Source: Bacteroides sp.
Lineage (GTDB): Bacteria > Bacteroidota > Bacteroidia > Bacteroidales > Muribaculaceae
Assembly (NCBI GenBank): GCA_014802265.1
Contig: JAAVCP010000064.1
Location: forward strand, 1,265-65,264
Direction of reading: 5' to 3'
DNA length: 64,000 bases
Both the position numbers and the translations under genes were made by a program. The notes below the pieces were generated by a model that made no database searches, was not told where the DNA came from, and saw only the letters and a list, made by a program, of their open reading frames with translations. Below are positions 52,579 to 62,950 of this stretch, piece after piece (position 1 is the first letter of the stretch; the number at the start of each line of letters is the position of its first letter).

Positions 52579-52621
52579 ATTAAATTTACTGCTTGAACAA
52601 GGTCAAACCGAAATTCGACTG

Positions 52622-52629
52622 CAAAGTTA
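52622..52629 (-). promoter_or_regulatory. Sigma-70 -7 element (TAACTTTG) of the tRNA-tuf operon
   Basis: TAnnTTTG about 45 nt upstream of the first tRNA. Confidence 0.7.
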
Positions 52630-52738
52630 GTACTTTTTTTAATACCCACCAAATTTTTCAGCAACTTTTTTTTGATATTTTTTCTTTGCGATACCATGCT
52701 TTAGTGGGTATATCCTCATAATACATTAAGAATCAAGC

Positions 52739-52780
52739 AAAGACGCAGACACGATAAAATCACTGTCTGCGTCTTTTTTT
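52739..52780 (-). terminator. glmS terminator (bidirectional hairpin)
   Basis: aaagacgcagaca ... tgtctgcgtcttt. Confidence 0.8.
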
Positions 52781-52800
52781 GACTTGTTTCTTCGCAGACT

Positions 52801-54645
52801 TTATTCCACCGTCACTGATTTTGCAAGGTTACGGGGCATGTCGACATTCTTGCCTTTATTAATGGCAATATGATAACTCAGCAATTGCAACGGGATACTG
52901 GTGATGATCGGGCTTAGGCATTCAGGCATCTCCGGCACTTCTAATACATGATCGGCGATATTGCGGATCTCCGTGTCGCCCTCTGTGACGATAGCGATCA
53001 CCGAGCCACCACGTGCCTTTACCTGCTGCACATTGCTGACCACCTTTTCATACAGATGATCATTCGGAGCAATAATAACACTCGGCATCTCTGCATCAAT
53101 AAGCGCGATTGGACCATGCTTCATCTCCGCTGCCGGATACCCTTCCGCGTGGATATATGAGATCTCCTTAAGCTTTAATGCACCTTCAAGAGCTACCGGG
53201 TAGCTGTAGCCGCGTCCTAAATAAAGGAAGTTGCGCGCATAAGTATAAATGAGCGACAGACGCTCTATGGCAGAATTCAACTGAAGCACCTTCTTAACCG
53301 TCTCCGGAATCTTAAGGATAGCCTTGCCCAGCTCCTTGATCTCCTCCGGGCTCATAGTGCCCTTTTCCTCAGCAATTGAGAGGGCAAGCATCGTGAGCAC
53401 CATCACCTGACCCGTAAATGCCTTGGTAGATGCCACCCCGATTTCCGGTCCCACATGAATATATGTGCCGCTGTCAGTCTCTCGCGGGATAGAGCTACCT
53501 ACCACATTACTGATGCCATAGACAAACGCTCCCATACTGCGGGCTATTTTTATAGCAGCAAGGGTGTCGGCAGTTTCACCACTCTGGGAAATGGCAATCA
53601 CTATGTCCCTATTATCAATCACCGGGTTAGAATACCTGAACTCGCTGGCATACTCCACCTCCACCGGAATGCGGCACATGTCTTGAAGCAGTCGCTTCCC
53701 AAGGAGAGCGGCATGCCATGATGTGCCACAAGCCACAATTATTATGCGCTTGGCATTGACAAATTTATCTTTATTGTCAAGCACGCCTGACAGCATCACC
53801 CTGTCGCCACCTTCCACAACTCTGCCACGAATGCAGTCTTGCAAGGTGACAGGCTGTTCAAAAATCTCTTTCAGCATGAAATGTGGATAGCCACCTTTCT
53901 CAAGCTGCGAAATGCTCATTTCAAGAGTGGTGACATCTATACTGCTTTCCTTATTCTCAAGAGTGACGAGTTTCAGTGGCTCTCCCCTCTTTATGATTGC
54001 CACTTCCTCATCTTTAAGATATACACATTCTTTCGTGTATTCCACGAACGGAGTTGCATCAGAGGCAAGAAACATCTCATTCTCACCGATGCCAATCACC
54101 AGGGGTGAGCTTTTTCTGGCAGCTATTATGCAATCAGGATTCCCCTTTTCCACAACGGCTATAGCGTAAGCACCTACCACCTGTTTTAATGCTTCGCGCA
54201 CTGCGTCAAGCAGTGAGCAACTGTTCTTAACCCTAATATATTCGATTAACTGTACCAACACTTCAGTATCGGTCTCTGAATGAAACTTACATCCGTGCTG
54301 AACCAAAACGTCCTTAAGGAGCTTATAATTTTCAATTGTGCCGTTATGCACGAGGGCGAGATTACCGTCTTCACTGAAGTGAGGATGTGCATTATTGTCA
54401 CTCGGCTCCCCATGAGTTGCCCAACGGGTATGCGCTATGCCGGCACCTGCCACGAGATCCTTATTTTTACAGAAAGTCTCAAGATTTGAGACCTTGCCCA
54501 TGGTCTTATAGACATTTAATTTGCCTTCAGGCGACACCATTGCAATACCGGAGCTGTCGTAGCCTCTGTATTCAAGACGGTGCAGCCCTTTGATAAGAAC
54601 ATCATAGACATTACCGTCGCCAATATATCCTACTATTCCACACAT
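52801..54645 (-). CDS. glmS: Glutamine--fructose-6-phosphate aminotransferase
   Basis: N-terminal MCGIVG, HTRWATHG, SQSGETAD, and C-terminal PRNLAKSVTVE. Confidence 0.99.
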   Translation of the reverse strand: MCGIVGYIGDGNVYDVLIKGLHRLEYRGYDSSGIAMVSPEGKLNVYKTMGKVSNLETFCKNKDLVAGAGIAHTRWATHGEPSDNNAHPHFSEDGNLALVHNGTIENYKLLKDVLVQHGCKFHSETDTEVLVQLIEYIRVKNSCSLLDAVREALKQVVGAYAIAVVEKGNPDCIIAARKSSPLVIGIGENEMFLASDATPFVEYTKECVYLKDEEVAIIKRGEPLKLVTLENKESSIDVTTLEMSISQLEKGGYPHFMLKEIFEQPVTLQDCIRGRVVEGGDRVMLSGVLDNKDKFVNAKRIIIVACGTSWHAALLGKRLLQDMCRIPVEVEYASEFRYSNPVIDNRDIVIAISQSGETADTLAAIKIARSMGAFVYGISNVVGSSIPRETDSGTYIHVGPEIGVASTKAFTGQVMVLTMLALSIAEEKGTMSPEEIKELGKAILKIPETVKKVLQLNSAIERLSLIYTYARNFLYLGRGYSYPVALEGALKLKEISYIHAEGYPAAEMKHGPIALIDAEMPSVIIAPNDHLYEKVVSNVQQVKARGGSVIAIVTEGDTEIRNIADHVLEVPEMPECLSPIITSIPLQLLSYHIAINKGKNVDMPRNLAKSVTVE

Positions 54646-55194
54646 ATATTAATGAATAACAATGTGGCGATCCGGCGTGATCGTTAACGGTGCCAGACCG
54701 ACACAAACATTTATTTACTTGCTTTCAGGTTAATTATATTTTTCTTTTACCAAGTCATTATTTCCTTGCATAGAAATTCTATTTTCTTAACGCCTAAACC
54801 GGAGTATTATTGTGTGCCCATACTTTTTAACAGTTCCCGAGATTACGGTGCATTCCCCTTGATATTTTAATCAATCAGAGTTTTTCTTGGTATCAGATAG
54901 GTTTAGAGGTATTTTTAATAATTTTTATAAAATTTTCATCGAGGAATGCCCGCAACTCTCAGTACATCAAAAATGTCAATGTTAGCTCGTTTACATGAAA
55001 TCAGACTTAGCGACTCCATCCTGTCCCTCGCATTGCAAAATTAATCTTTTTTTATCAGAAATAAAAATGTGAAAAACGTGCCGTGTCTGACCAATCAACA
55101 AGCACGCCAACAAAACGCATACCATATTCCAAATATGCTGTCAATATTTCTTAAATATAAGAATAACTGTTTCATTTTGTTAAATCAATTAAAA

Positions 55195-55244
55195 AAAATA
55201 ATCCGGATTCTATGCTACAAAACATAAAATCCGGATATATTTTT
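55195..55244 (-). terminator. Terminator of the lipoprotein gene
   Basis: atccggat ... atccggat stem with flanking A/T tracts. Confidence 0.65.
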
Positions 55245-55269
55245 CTATTCAGAATATCTAATGGCAGTA

Positions 55270-55758
55270 TTATTTAGCCACCTCTACCCCGCTCCCTTGG
55301 CTTATAACGCCGGTGGAGTCTGATGAAGGCATCTCTTCAATAAAACCTACCACATTGTTATTGTCGGCTGCCATTGCCCATGCCGGAGCTGAGAACCATT
55401 CCAATGGAGCATATTTTTTAATCTTCTCGGCATTTTCGGTACCCACAGCCTCTTCCGAACTGTTGGCTATCTTGTCAAGGAAGGTTGTAGTGTAAGGGTA
55501 AGAGTTGGAAAGGGCTGCCATCTTCTCCTCAAGATTGAACATCTCTTTTGATTCGTCAGGCAGGTTGTTGATTTCATCCTGAATTTTTTGAGCTTCCTCA
55601 GCATATTTGCCACAGTAGTCAATCATCACAGTGTAGTCTGCCTGTGTAAGTTCAGCCCCACTCTTCACTTTCTCCTCCACCTTTGATGCCTCGTTGCCGC
55701 CGCATGCCGCCATAAGCAGGCACACTGCCATAAATGCAAACAATTTTAATACTTTCAT
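55270..55758 (-). CDS. Hypothetical lipoprotein
   Basis: Lipobox MAAC; helical acidic body. Confidence 0.75.
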   Translation of the reverse strand: MKVLKLFAFMAVCLLMAACGGNEASKVEEKVKSGAELTQADYTVMIDYCGKYAEEAQKIQDEINNLPDESKEMFNLEEKMAALSNSYPYTTTFLDKIANSSEEAVGTENAEKIKKYAPLEWFSAPAWAMAADNNNVVGFIEEMPSSDSTGVISQGSGVEVAK

Positions 55759-55824
55759 AATTCTTTAATTTATAATATAATGTTGATAATCAACACTGAT
55801 TTATCCTTAATCTTTATCACTAAC

Positions 55825-56475
55825 TTAGAACTCATCTCCCAAGGGATTAAGTGCAGAGTCACGGAGCTTATAAAGCAAGTCTCTCTTTAAATTGGGATTA
55901 TCTTCCACAATCTGCGATAATTCCCAATGATGACCTGCCTCCTCACGTAAAAGCGGTGAAGTGGCATCTACGTTTGCGAGATTCCAAGTAAGAAGGACGG
56001 TCTTAATCTTTAATGCCTTAAGTTTCCTTACGAGCATCTCATGATCGGCATCGCCTGTGATCAGCACCACATAATCAAACTTCCTGAAAGTGGCAAGCTC
56101 ATACGCTTCAAGAGCAAACCATACGTCAACACCTTTTTCTATGACCTGTGTCACTCCATCTTTTTCCATCTCCCTAAGATGCTTGTAATGAAACACCACG
56201 TCATTCTCTATCAGTGTGTCTTCAAATTTGCGTTCATTATAAAGTAAATGCTTGTCATAGGCTTCTTTCACGCGAAACCTTCCCCGGAAATAATGAGCCT
56301 CTGTTATCTGACAATTTGCGGGATCCACTCCCTCTATATATGCAAGATGATCGCAGATAAAGTCAAAAAGTGACCTCACCCTGATTATCGAACTTTCTAT
56401 TGCCTTAAGTGCACGGTTAATCTTGGCATAATAGCCACCGTCAATAAACACACCAATGGATAAATAACCTAACAT
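55825..56475 (-). CDS. NYN (LabA/DUF88, PIN-like) domain protein
   Basis: GVFIDGGY, EKGVDV..AL and LITGDADH acidic motifs. Confidence 0.88.
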   Translation of the reverse strand: MLGYLSIGVFIDGGYYAKINRALKAIESSIIRVRSLFDFICDHLAYIEGVDPANCQITEAHYFRGRFRVKEAYDKHLLYNERKFEDTLIENDVVFHYKHLREMEKDGVTQVIEKGVDVWFALEAYELATFRKFDYVVLITGDADHEMLVRKLKALKIKTVLLTWNLANVDATSPLLREEAGHHWELSQIVEDNPNLKRDLLYKLRDSALNPLGDEF

Positions 56476-56639
56476 TCCAAATTAATTTTTACTTATCAAT
56501 AATAAGAATAAAATAATAAGTTATCATGCCGACAAAAATAAATCCGCTTGATAAGTTACATAATTAAAACCTGACTTACCTCAGTTTTGTTCATTTAAAG
56601 TTGCTCTTCAAAGCGATTTTACTCAAAGTTAATAAAATT

Positions 56640-56689
56640 ATAAGTGGAACTACAACCGCAGAAACTACTACGTTGAAATTCCACTTATA
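56640..56689 (-). terminator. Probable terminator of the pepD operon
   Basis: ataagtggaa ... ttccacttat inverted repeat. Confidence 0.55.
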
Positions 56690-56715
56690 TCGAATCTATG
56701 TTTTAGACTTCCGTT

Positions 56716-58167
56716 TTATGCGAGCCTGCGTAAAATATCGCATAAGAATTTCCAGAATTCCTGCACAGAAGGAATGTTAGCCTTCTCGCTGGGTGAATGG
56801 ATATCCTTAAGAGTCGGACCAAATGAAATCATGTCCAGCCCCGGCATTTTCTCCAGGAACAGTCCACATTCAAGACCTGCATGAAGAGCTTCAACCTTCG
56901 GTGCCTTTCCAAACAATGTCTTGAAACTCTCCTCAGCCACCTTCAGCACTTTTGAATCAGGATTCGGTGCCCAACCAACATAAGTATCGTCAAACACAAC
57001 TGTGCAGCCAATCATCTGGAACAATGCTTTAACCCGGTCAGCTATCTCGTCACGGCGTGAGTCAACAGATGAACGCTGGTGCACTGTGATCAAAATAGTG
57101 TCTTCATTCATCTTTACAGAAGCAAGATTGCAGGAAGTTTCCACAAGACCCTCAACAGCATTCGACATTCCCTGTACGCCATTCGGGCACGCAAACACAG
57201 CCGATACAAGTCTATGAGCCTCATATCTGTCAATCACCATATTGGGTTTCTCCACCTCAGTTGCAGTGAAAGTGAAGTCCTTACCCTCGGCAAGAAGAAA
57301 CTCGGCATGAATCATGTCACGGAACACAACCACGTCTCTTTCGAAATCATCTTTTGCCTCAGTGTCGATACCTACTATAGCCCATGCCTCACGAGGAATA
57401 GCGTTGGCAAGACCTCCGCCGTCAATACGGTGAACCTCCACACCATATTTATGCCATACTTCCCAAAGGAAGCGGCAAAGCTGCTGATTGGCATTTCCCC
57501 TGCCAAGGTTGATTTCCATGCCGGAGTGACCACCTTTAAGATGATTGATATGGACTTTATAGAAAGTCTTGCCCATCGAAGCCTCTACCATTCTATAAGG
57601 CATAGAACACAATGTGACTTTACCGCCGGCACAGCCTATTACCAGCGACCCGTGTTCCTCAGAGTCAAGATTAAGCAGGATTGAACCGGTTACAAAGCCG
57701 GGCTGCAGCCCGTTTGCCCCGATAAGCCCCTGTTCCTCATCTACAGTGTAAAGACACTCGATTGGACCATGCACAAGTTTATCGTCAAGCAGGACAGCCA
57801 TTGCAGTGGCACACCCAAGTCCGTTGTCAGCCCCGAGAGTGGTGCCGTCTGCCTTTACCCAGTCGCCGTCAACGATAGTAGTGATAGGATCAGTCATAAA
57901 GTCATGCTCCTTGTCTCCGCGTTTCTCAGCAACCATATCCTGATGACCCTGCAGGATAACTGTAGGTGCGTTCTCATGACCCGGTGTGGCAGGTTTGCTC
58001 ATCATTACGTTGCCCACCTCATCGGTCTTTACAGGGATATTATGACGGTTAGCCCAGTCCACAAGAAATTCCTTCATCTTGTCAAGATGGTGTGTCGGAC
58101 GAGGCACCTTAGTAATCTCATCGAAACATTGCCAAACAAGTTTTGGCTCCAGATCAGTGATTTTCAT
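56716..58167 (-). CDS. pepD: Aminoacyl-histidine dipeptidase (M20C), paralog 2
   Basis: LQGHQDMV, TTLGADNG, VDEE, NLDSE, HAGLECG and HSPSE metal-ligand motifs. Confidence 0.93.
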   Translation of the reverse strand: MKITDLEPKLVWQCFDEITKVPRPTHHLDKMKEFLVDWANRHNIPVKTDEVGNVMMSKPATPGHENAPTVILQGHQDMVAEKRGDKEHDFMTDPITTIVDGDWVKADGTTLGADNGLGCATAMAVLLDDKLVHGPIECLYTVDEEQGLIGANGLQPGFVTGSILLNLDSEEHGSLVIGCAGGKVTLCSMPYRMVEASMGKTFYKVHINHLKGGHSGMEINLGRGNANQQLCRFLWEVWHKYGVEVHRIDGGGLANAIPREAWAIVGIDTEAKDDFERDVVVFRDMIHAEFLLAEGKDFTFTATEVEKPNMVIDRYEAHRLVSAVFACPNGVQGMSNAVEGLVETSCNLASVKMNEDTILITVHQRSSVDSRRDEIADRVKALFQMIGCTVVFDDTYVGWAPNPDSKVLKVAEESFKTLFGKAPKVEALHAGLECGLFLEKMPGLDMISFGPTLKDIHSPSEKANIPSVQEFWKFLCDILRRLA

Positions 58168-58190
58168 TGGTTATCTTAGATTTTAATAAT

Positions 58191-58961
58191 TCACTTGGCT
58201 GCCTTATATTTTTTATAAGCAGCCGCCATTTTTGTGTCATACCCCCTTTTCTTATATCCAGCCCCATTATATTTACGTGCAAAGGCAGCCCAATTCTTCT
58301 TCTTAAGGTCGTCAAGCATTCCACTGTTGGTGATAAAGGCGGCAAAAAGTTCAAGTTGCTCAAGCTCAGAATAAGACATAAGCTTTACAAACTCATCAAC
58401 CGACTCGCAACCACATTGCCTGTAATTAAAGCCACCTATCTGAAACATGCCCCAGAATGTGCCAAGATTAGCACCCTGCGCATTTTTCTTACGTGCGTTG
58501 ATAAGCTGAGTCCATTCTCGCAAGGCATACCCCGACAATCCTTTGGGCACTTTCTCACCCTTTGCGCCTGCTTTCGAAGTTGTCTTTGCACACATTCGCG
58601 TACACATCTTCTGGTCGAAATTTATCACCGGAATACCCGGTGCCCAGAATCCCTGCATACTGTGACCTGCCTCTATCTCCACCACTGCCTTGATGGCAGC
58701 AAGCTCAACACCCAATTCGTCAGCCACTTTCCGGAAGTCTGCTTCAGTAAGCTCCGTGTAGCGTGTAGAGTTCATTGGCAAAGAGTCAGCCACTCTGTTC
58801 CATTCTCGGTTAACGTAACTGTCTTCGATGCTGATAATATTGTCAAGCACTGAAATTGTCACTTCAGGCTCCTCCGACACCATCTGACCGGGATTGGTGT
58901 TGCCCGCGCTTGCAAGCAACACCGACCCTATCATAATAGCGGAGGGGATGACACGCCTCAT
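58191..58961 (-). CDS. Exported N-acetylmuramidase (DUF3380 / Muramidase family)
   Basis: Signal peptide; LTEADF..VA..LGVE.AAIKAVVEIE, WGMFQIGGFNY..CG and WAAFARKYNG..Y....YD.KMA.AY motifs. Confidence 0.88.
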   Translation of the reverse strand: MRRVIPSAIMIGSVLLASAGNTNPGQMVSEEPEVTISVLDNIISIEDSYVNREWNRVADSLPMNSTRYTELTEADFRKVADELGVELAAIKAVVEIEAGHSMQGFWAPGIPVINFDQKMCTRMCAKTTSKAGAKGEKVPKGLSGYALREWTQLINARKKNAQGANLGTFWGMFQIGGFNYRQCGCESVDEFVKLMSYSELEQLELFAAFITNSGMLDDLKKKNWAAFARKYNGAGYKKRGYDTKMAAAYKKYKAAK

Positions 58962-60415
58962 GAACGTGCCACTTTTTCAAGCACCAGAGTAAGATGCTTC
59001 CAGAATTTTTCTACCGTAGGAATAAGAAGCTGCTCATCGGGAGAGTGCACTCCGGTCATTGTGGGTCCGAAGCTCACCATGTCGAGGTGAGGATATTTTG
59101 AAAGGAAAAGCCCACATTCCAATCCGGCATGAATAGCCTTGATAGCCGGCTTCACATTAAACAATTCTTCATAGGCATCTGCTGAAATCTTCATGATGGT
59201 AGAATCCATGTTGGGAGCCCAGCCGGGATAGCCGTCGGAATGAGTCACCTTAGCTCCGGCAAGCTCAAAATGAGCCTCTACCTGCCCGGCGATGTCATTC
59301 TTGCGTGATTCCACTGAAGAACGCTGTGAGGTGGTAACCTTTATCTCATTTTCCCCTTCCATCTTCACAGCTGCAAGGTTGGTTGATGTCTCAACAAGCC
59401 CTGCAATGTCACGGCTCATGGAAATCACACCGTGAGGCGCAGAATAAAGTGCGCGGACAAGGGCAAGAGAGGTAGTAGAGTCAATGCAGAACTCAGGACG
59501 CTCAACGCTTTCAAGCTTAAGTTCTACTGACGGCTCCACTCCTTTATATTCATTGCGAATATCAGCTGCATATTTTTCAAAGAATCCTGCAACCTTGTCG
59601 CAGTGGTCGCTGTGAATGCCGAATACTGACTCAGCCTCACGCGGAATGGCATTTCTCAAGTTGCCGCCACGGAAAGTGCTCAACTCAACATCCCATCTCT
59701 TTGAGCATTCCCATACAAAACGAGCAATCACTTTATTAGCGTTGGCACGCCCAAGATGAATGTCGCCACCGCTATGACCACCGAGAAGTCCGCTTACACT
59801 GACCTTGAAATAGCAGAAATTCTCAGGTGACACGCTGCGGTTGTATTTAAACACGGCAGTAGTGTCGATACCACCGGCACAACCTACGAAAATCTCCCCG
59901 TCGTCTTCAGAATCAAGATTCAAAAGAATATTTCCTGAAATCATGTCTTCGCCAAGATTCTGGGCGCCTTCAAGACCTATCTCCTCATTTACGGTGAAAA
60001 GAGCCTCCACCGGACCGTGTTCAAGAGTGTCGTCAATCATCACAGCGAGGGCGGCTGCCATTCCTATACCGTTGTCAGCGCCAAGAGTGGTGCCTTTTGC
60101 CTTAACCCATTCCCCGTCAACATAAGTCTTGATGGGATCTTTCATGAAGTCATGCTCAACATCACCGTTCTTCTCAGCCACCATGTCCATGTGAGACTGC
60201 AACACAACTACAGGAGCATTCTCATGACCCGGAGTGGCTGCCTTGGTCATAACCACATTACCCACTGCGTCTGTCTTCGCAGGGATGTTGTGTTTACGTG
60301 CAAATTCAAGAAGGAACTCTCTGATCTGCTCCTCATGGCATGAGGGACGCGGCACTTTGGTGATTTCGTCAAAGCACTCCCAAATGAGTGCCGGCTTTAG
60401 GTCTTTTACTTCCAT
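58958..60415 (-). CDS. pepD: Aminoacyl-histidine dipeptidase (M20C), paralog 1
   Basis: LQSHMDMV, TTLGADNGIG, VNEE, NLDSED, HAGLECG and HSPDE motifs. Confidence 0.95.
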   Translation of the reverse strand: MEVKDLKPALIWECFDEITKVPRPSCHEEQIREFLLEFARKHNIPAKTDAVGNVVMTKAATPGHENAPVVVLQSHMDMVAEKNGDVEHDFMKDPIKTYVDGEWVKAKGTTLGADNGIGMAAALAVMIDDTLEHGPVEALFTVNEEIGLEGAQNLGEDMISGNILLNLDSEDDGEIFVGCAGGIDTTAVFKYNRSVSPENFCYFKVSVSGLLGGHSGGDIHLGRANANKVIARFVWECSKRWDVELSTFRGGNLRNAIPREAESVFGIHSDHCDKVAGFFEKYAADIRNEYKGVEPSVELKLESVERPEFCIDSTTSLALVRALYSAPHGVISMSRDIAGLVETSTNLAAVKMEGENEIKVTTSQRSSVESRKNDIAGQVEAHFELAGAKVTHSDGYPGWAPNMDSTIMKISADAYEELFNVKPAIKAIHAGLECGLFLSKYPHLDMVSFGPTMTGVHSPDEQLLIPTVEKFWKHLTLVLEKVARS

Positions 60416-60887
60416 TTTTAATATATTTAAGATTCTAAATGTTTTTATGGTTTAGACTTACCCACGCCCCTTTCACTTACATGGAGCGTGTTTTCAATTC
60501 CCAAAAGTACATATTTTTTTTCTTATCACAAAAAATACATCGATTTTTCCTACAATATCACCTCTAATTGGCATAAAATTTTTTAGTTTATGTTTTTTTT
60601 CGTAATTTTGCGCCGTTTACAGGCATTAACCATGCTTGTAAGTTAAGCATATACTAAATTTCTCTCCATGCATACGTTAAAATAACTTTAAAAAAGTGAA
60701 ATTAACCTTATTAGTGTTATTCTTTTGTGGAATTGCATTACTTTTGCTGTCGGTTAGAGTGATTTTTTCCCGTAAGCATTCATTTCTTTCGGGTCATGCC
60801 TGCCACGGAATGAAGCAGCCTCAAAAAAAACACCCGCTGCCCACTAAGAACCAACCTGCTGATTAATAAAAACTTTTATATATAATA

Positions 60888-61493
60888 ATGAAAAAAAATC
60901 TTCTCAGAGTTTCGGCATTCACTTTTGCCCTCTCTCTATGTCTCGGTCTGCCCTCATGCAGCTCCAACGCCGAGAAAGAAGTTAAGCCCGCTGCCCCCGC
61001 TGCAACTACAGCCAAAACCGAGCCCGTGCTCCCAAATTACCGCTATGTGGATCTCGACACCGTACTCAGCAAATATAACCTCGCTAAAGACTACAACGAG
61101 GAAATGCTGCGTATGCAGACAAACATGGAAAGCGAAGTTAAGCGCCATGAAAACTCAATTCAATCGCTCGGTACCTCTATTCAGAACAAGATACAAAACA
61201 ATTCTTATCTCTCTGAAGAATCTTACAGGGCTGACCAAGAGAAACTAAACAATATGCAGACAAACGCACAGCGCAGCGTTGCCAAACTCCAAAACAATTT
61301 CCAGAATGCCGCAATGGCAGCTCAGAAGACTGTAAACGACTCAATCGAAGCGTTTATAAAAGACTACAATGTCAAGAGAGGCTATGATGCAATCTTCTTT
61401 AAGGCAGCAACTCTGCTCATCAACCCGAAACTCGACATCACCGACGAAGTGGTGGAGGGGCTGAATGCAAGATATAACAAGGTGAAAAAATAA
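60888..61493 (+). CDS. OmpH/Skp-family outer-membrane chaperone (lipoprotein-like signal)
   Basis: RYVDLDTVL.KY, coiled coil, and YN..RGYD.I......L...P.LDITDEVV.GLN motifs. Confidence 0.9.
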   Translation: MKKNLLRVSAFTFALSLCLGLPSCSSNAEKEVKPAAPAATTAKTEPVLPNYRYVDLDTVLSKYNLAKDYNEEMLRMQTNMESEVKRHENSIQSLGTSIQNKIQNNSYLSEESYRADQEKLNNMQTNAQRSVAKLQNNFQNAAMAAQKTVNDSIEAFIKDYNVKRGYDAIFFKAATLLINPKLDITDEVVEGLNARYNKVKK

Positions 61494-61686
61494 ATTTCTT
61501 CTTGTAAGGATTCCTGAGGCCGGGACGCTCTGCGCTCCGGCCTTATATGCAACTTATCTCCCCTTTTAAACGTTACTTCATTTGTAGATTCAGAACTTCT
61601 GACTACCTTTGCCACAAGTTTTATCGGCTCTCAAAAGGCTATGAAAAACTTCGGCAACTCAAATTATAAAAGCAATTCTACTGACA

Positions 61687-62928
61687 ATGATAGAAGACAA
61701 CATAATCAACAAGGAAGCTAACGAGAAGACTGTGCTCGTCGGGCTGGTCACTCTTAAGCAAAACGAAACAAAGGTAAAGGAATATCTTGATGAACTGGAT
61801 TTCCTTGCCCGCACTGCCGGTGCCGAACCCGAAAAAAGATTCATTCAGAAGCTCGAATATCCTAACCCGAGGACATACGTCGGTAAAGGGAAACTCGAAG
61901 AGATCCGCCTTTATATAGAAGACAATGACATAGGACTTGTCATATTTGATGATGACCTATCTCCAAAACAGGTGGCAAATATCGAAAGGGAACTGAAAGT
62001 AAAGATTCTTGATCGCACAAGCCTAATTCTCGATATTTTTGCCAAACGAGCACAGACCGCAACAGCACGCACACAGGTGGAACTGGCACAATATCAATAT
62101 CTGCTCCCACGATTGACACGAATGTGGACTCACCTCGAAAGGCAACGCGGTGGTATCGGCATGAGAGGTCCCGGTGAAACACAGATAGAGACCGACCGTC
62201 GAATTATCCTCGATAAGATTTCACGTCTTAAAGAGGAACTGAAGCACATTGACAGACAAAAAAGTATTCAAAGGAAGAACAGAGGCAAACTTACACGAAT
62301 TGCCCTTGTGGGATATACCAACGTCGGTAAATCCACACTGATGAATCTCCTCAGCAAGAGTGATGTATTTGCCGAAAACAAGCTTTTCGCCACTCTCGAC
62401 ACAACTGTGAGAAAAGTGATTATTGAGAATCTCCCGTTCTTGCTGACTGACACCGTAGGGTTTATACGCAAACTCCCTACACATCTGGTAGACTCATTCA
62501 AGTCTACCCTTGATGAAGTAAGGGAGGCAGACGTGCTTGTGCACGTGGTGGATATTTCCCATCCGGGATTTGAGGAACAGATCGAGGTGGTCAACAAGAC
62601 TCTCCTTGATGTATGCGGTTCGGCAGCAAAGCCAGTCATTATGGTATTCAATAAAATTGACGCTTTCTCCTATACTCCAAAAGATCCTGACGACCTCACC
62701 CCTGCCACACGCGAAAATATTTCGCTTGATGAGTTTAAGAAGACCTGGATGGCAAAGATGGAAAACAACTGCGTCTTTATCTCCGCCAAAGAACACATTA
62801 ATATAGAAACTCTGAAGGAAATGCTTTACGAGAAAGCAAAGGAGATTCACTCCGAGAGATTTCCCTATAACGATTTCCTTTACCAAAAATATGATGAAGA
62901 CTATGATTCCGAATCCGACAGCCTCTGA
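61687..62928 (+). CDS. hflX: GTPase HflX
   Basis: LILDIFA.RA, GPGETQIE.DRR, GYTNVGKS, LFATLD, DTVGF and NKID motifs. Confidence 0.98.
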   Translation: MIEDNIINKEANEKTVLVGLVTLKQNETKVKEYLDELDFLARTAGAEPEKRFIQKLEYPNPRTYVGKGKLEEIRLYIEDNDIGLVIFDDDLSPKQVANIERELKVKILDRTSLILDIFAKRAQTATARTQVELAQYQYLLPRLTRMWTHLERQRGGIGMRGPGETQIETDRRIILDKISRLKEELKHIDRQKSIQRKNRGKLTRIALVGYTNVGKSTLMNLLSKSDVFAENKLFATLDTTVRKVIIENLPFLLTDTVGFIRKLPTHLVDSFKSTLDEVREADVLVHVVDISHPGFEEQIEVVNKTLLDVCGSAAKPVIMVFNKIDAFSYTPKDPDDLTPATRENISLDEFKKTWMAKMENNCVFISAKEHINIETLKEMLYEKAKEIHSERFPYNDFLYQKYDEDYDSESDSL

Positions 62929-62950
62929 CACTAAAAGCTCACTTGACGCC

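Noticed and set aside
54646-55043. Canonical glmS ribozyme
   Set aside because: I could not find the conserved core (AGCGCC...ACGAGG) on the coding strand.
58167-58853. 228-aa plus-strand ORF
   Set aside because: Antisense to the muramidase gene; no recognisable domain.
60750-60880. Riboswitch in the ompH leader
   Set aside because: Only weak pairing, and no consensus of a known riboswitch class was recognised.
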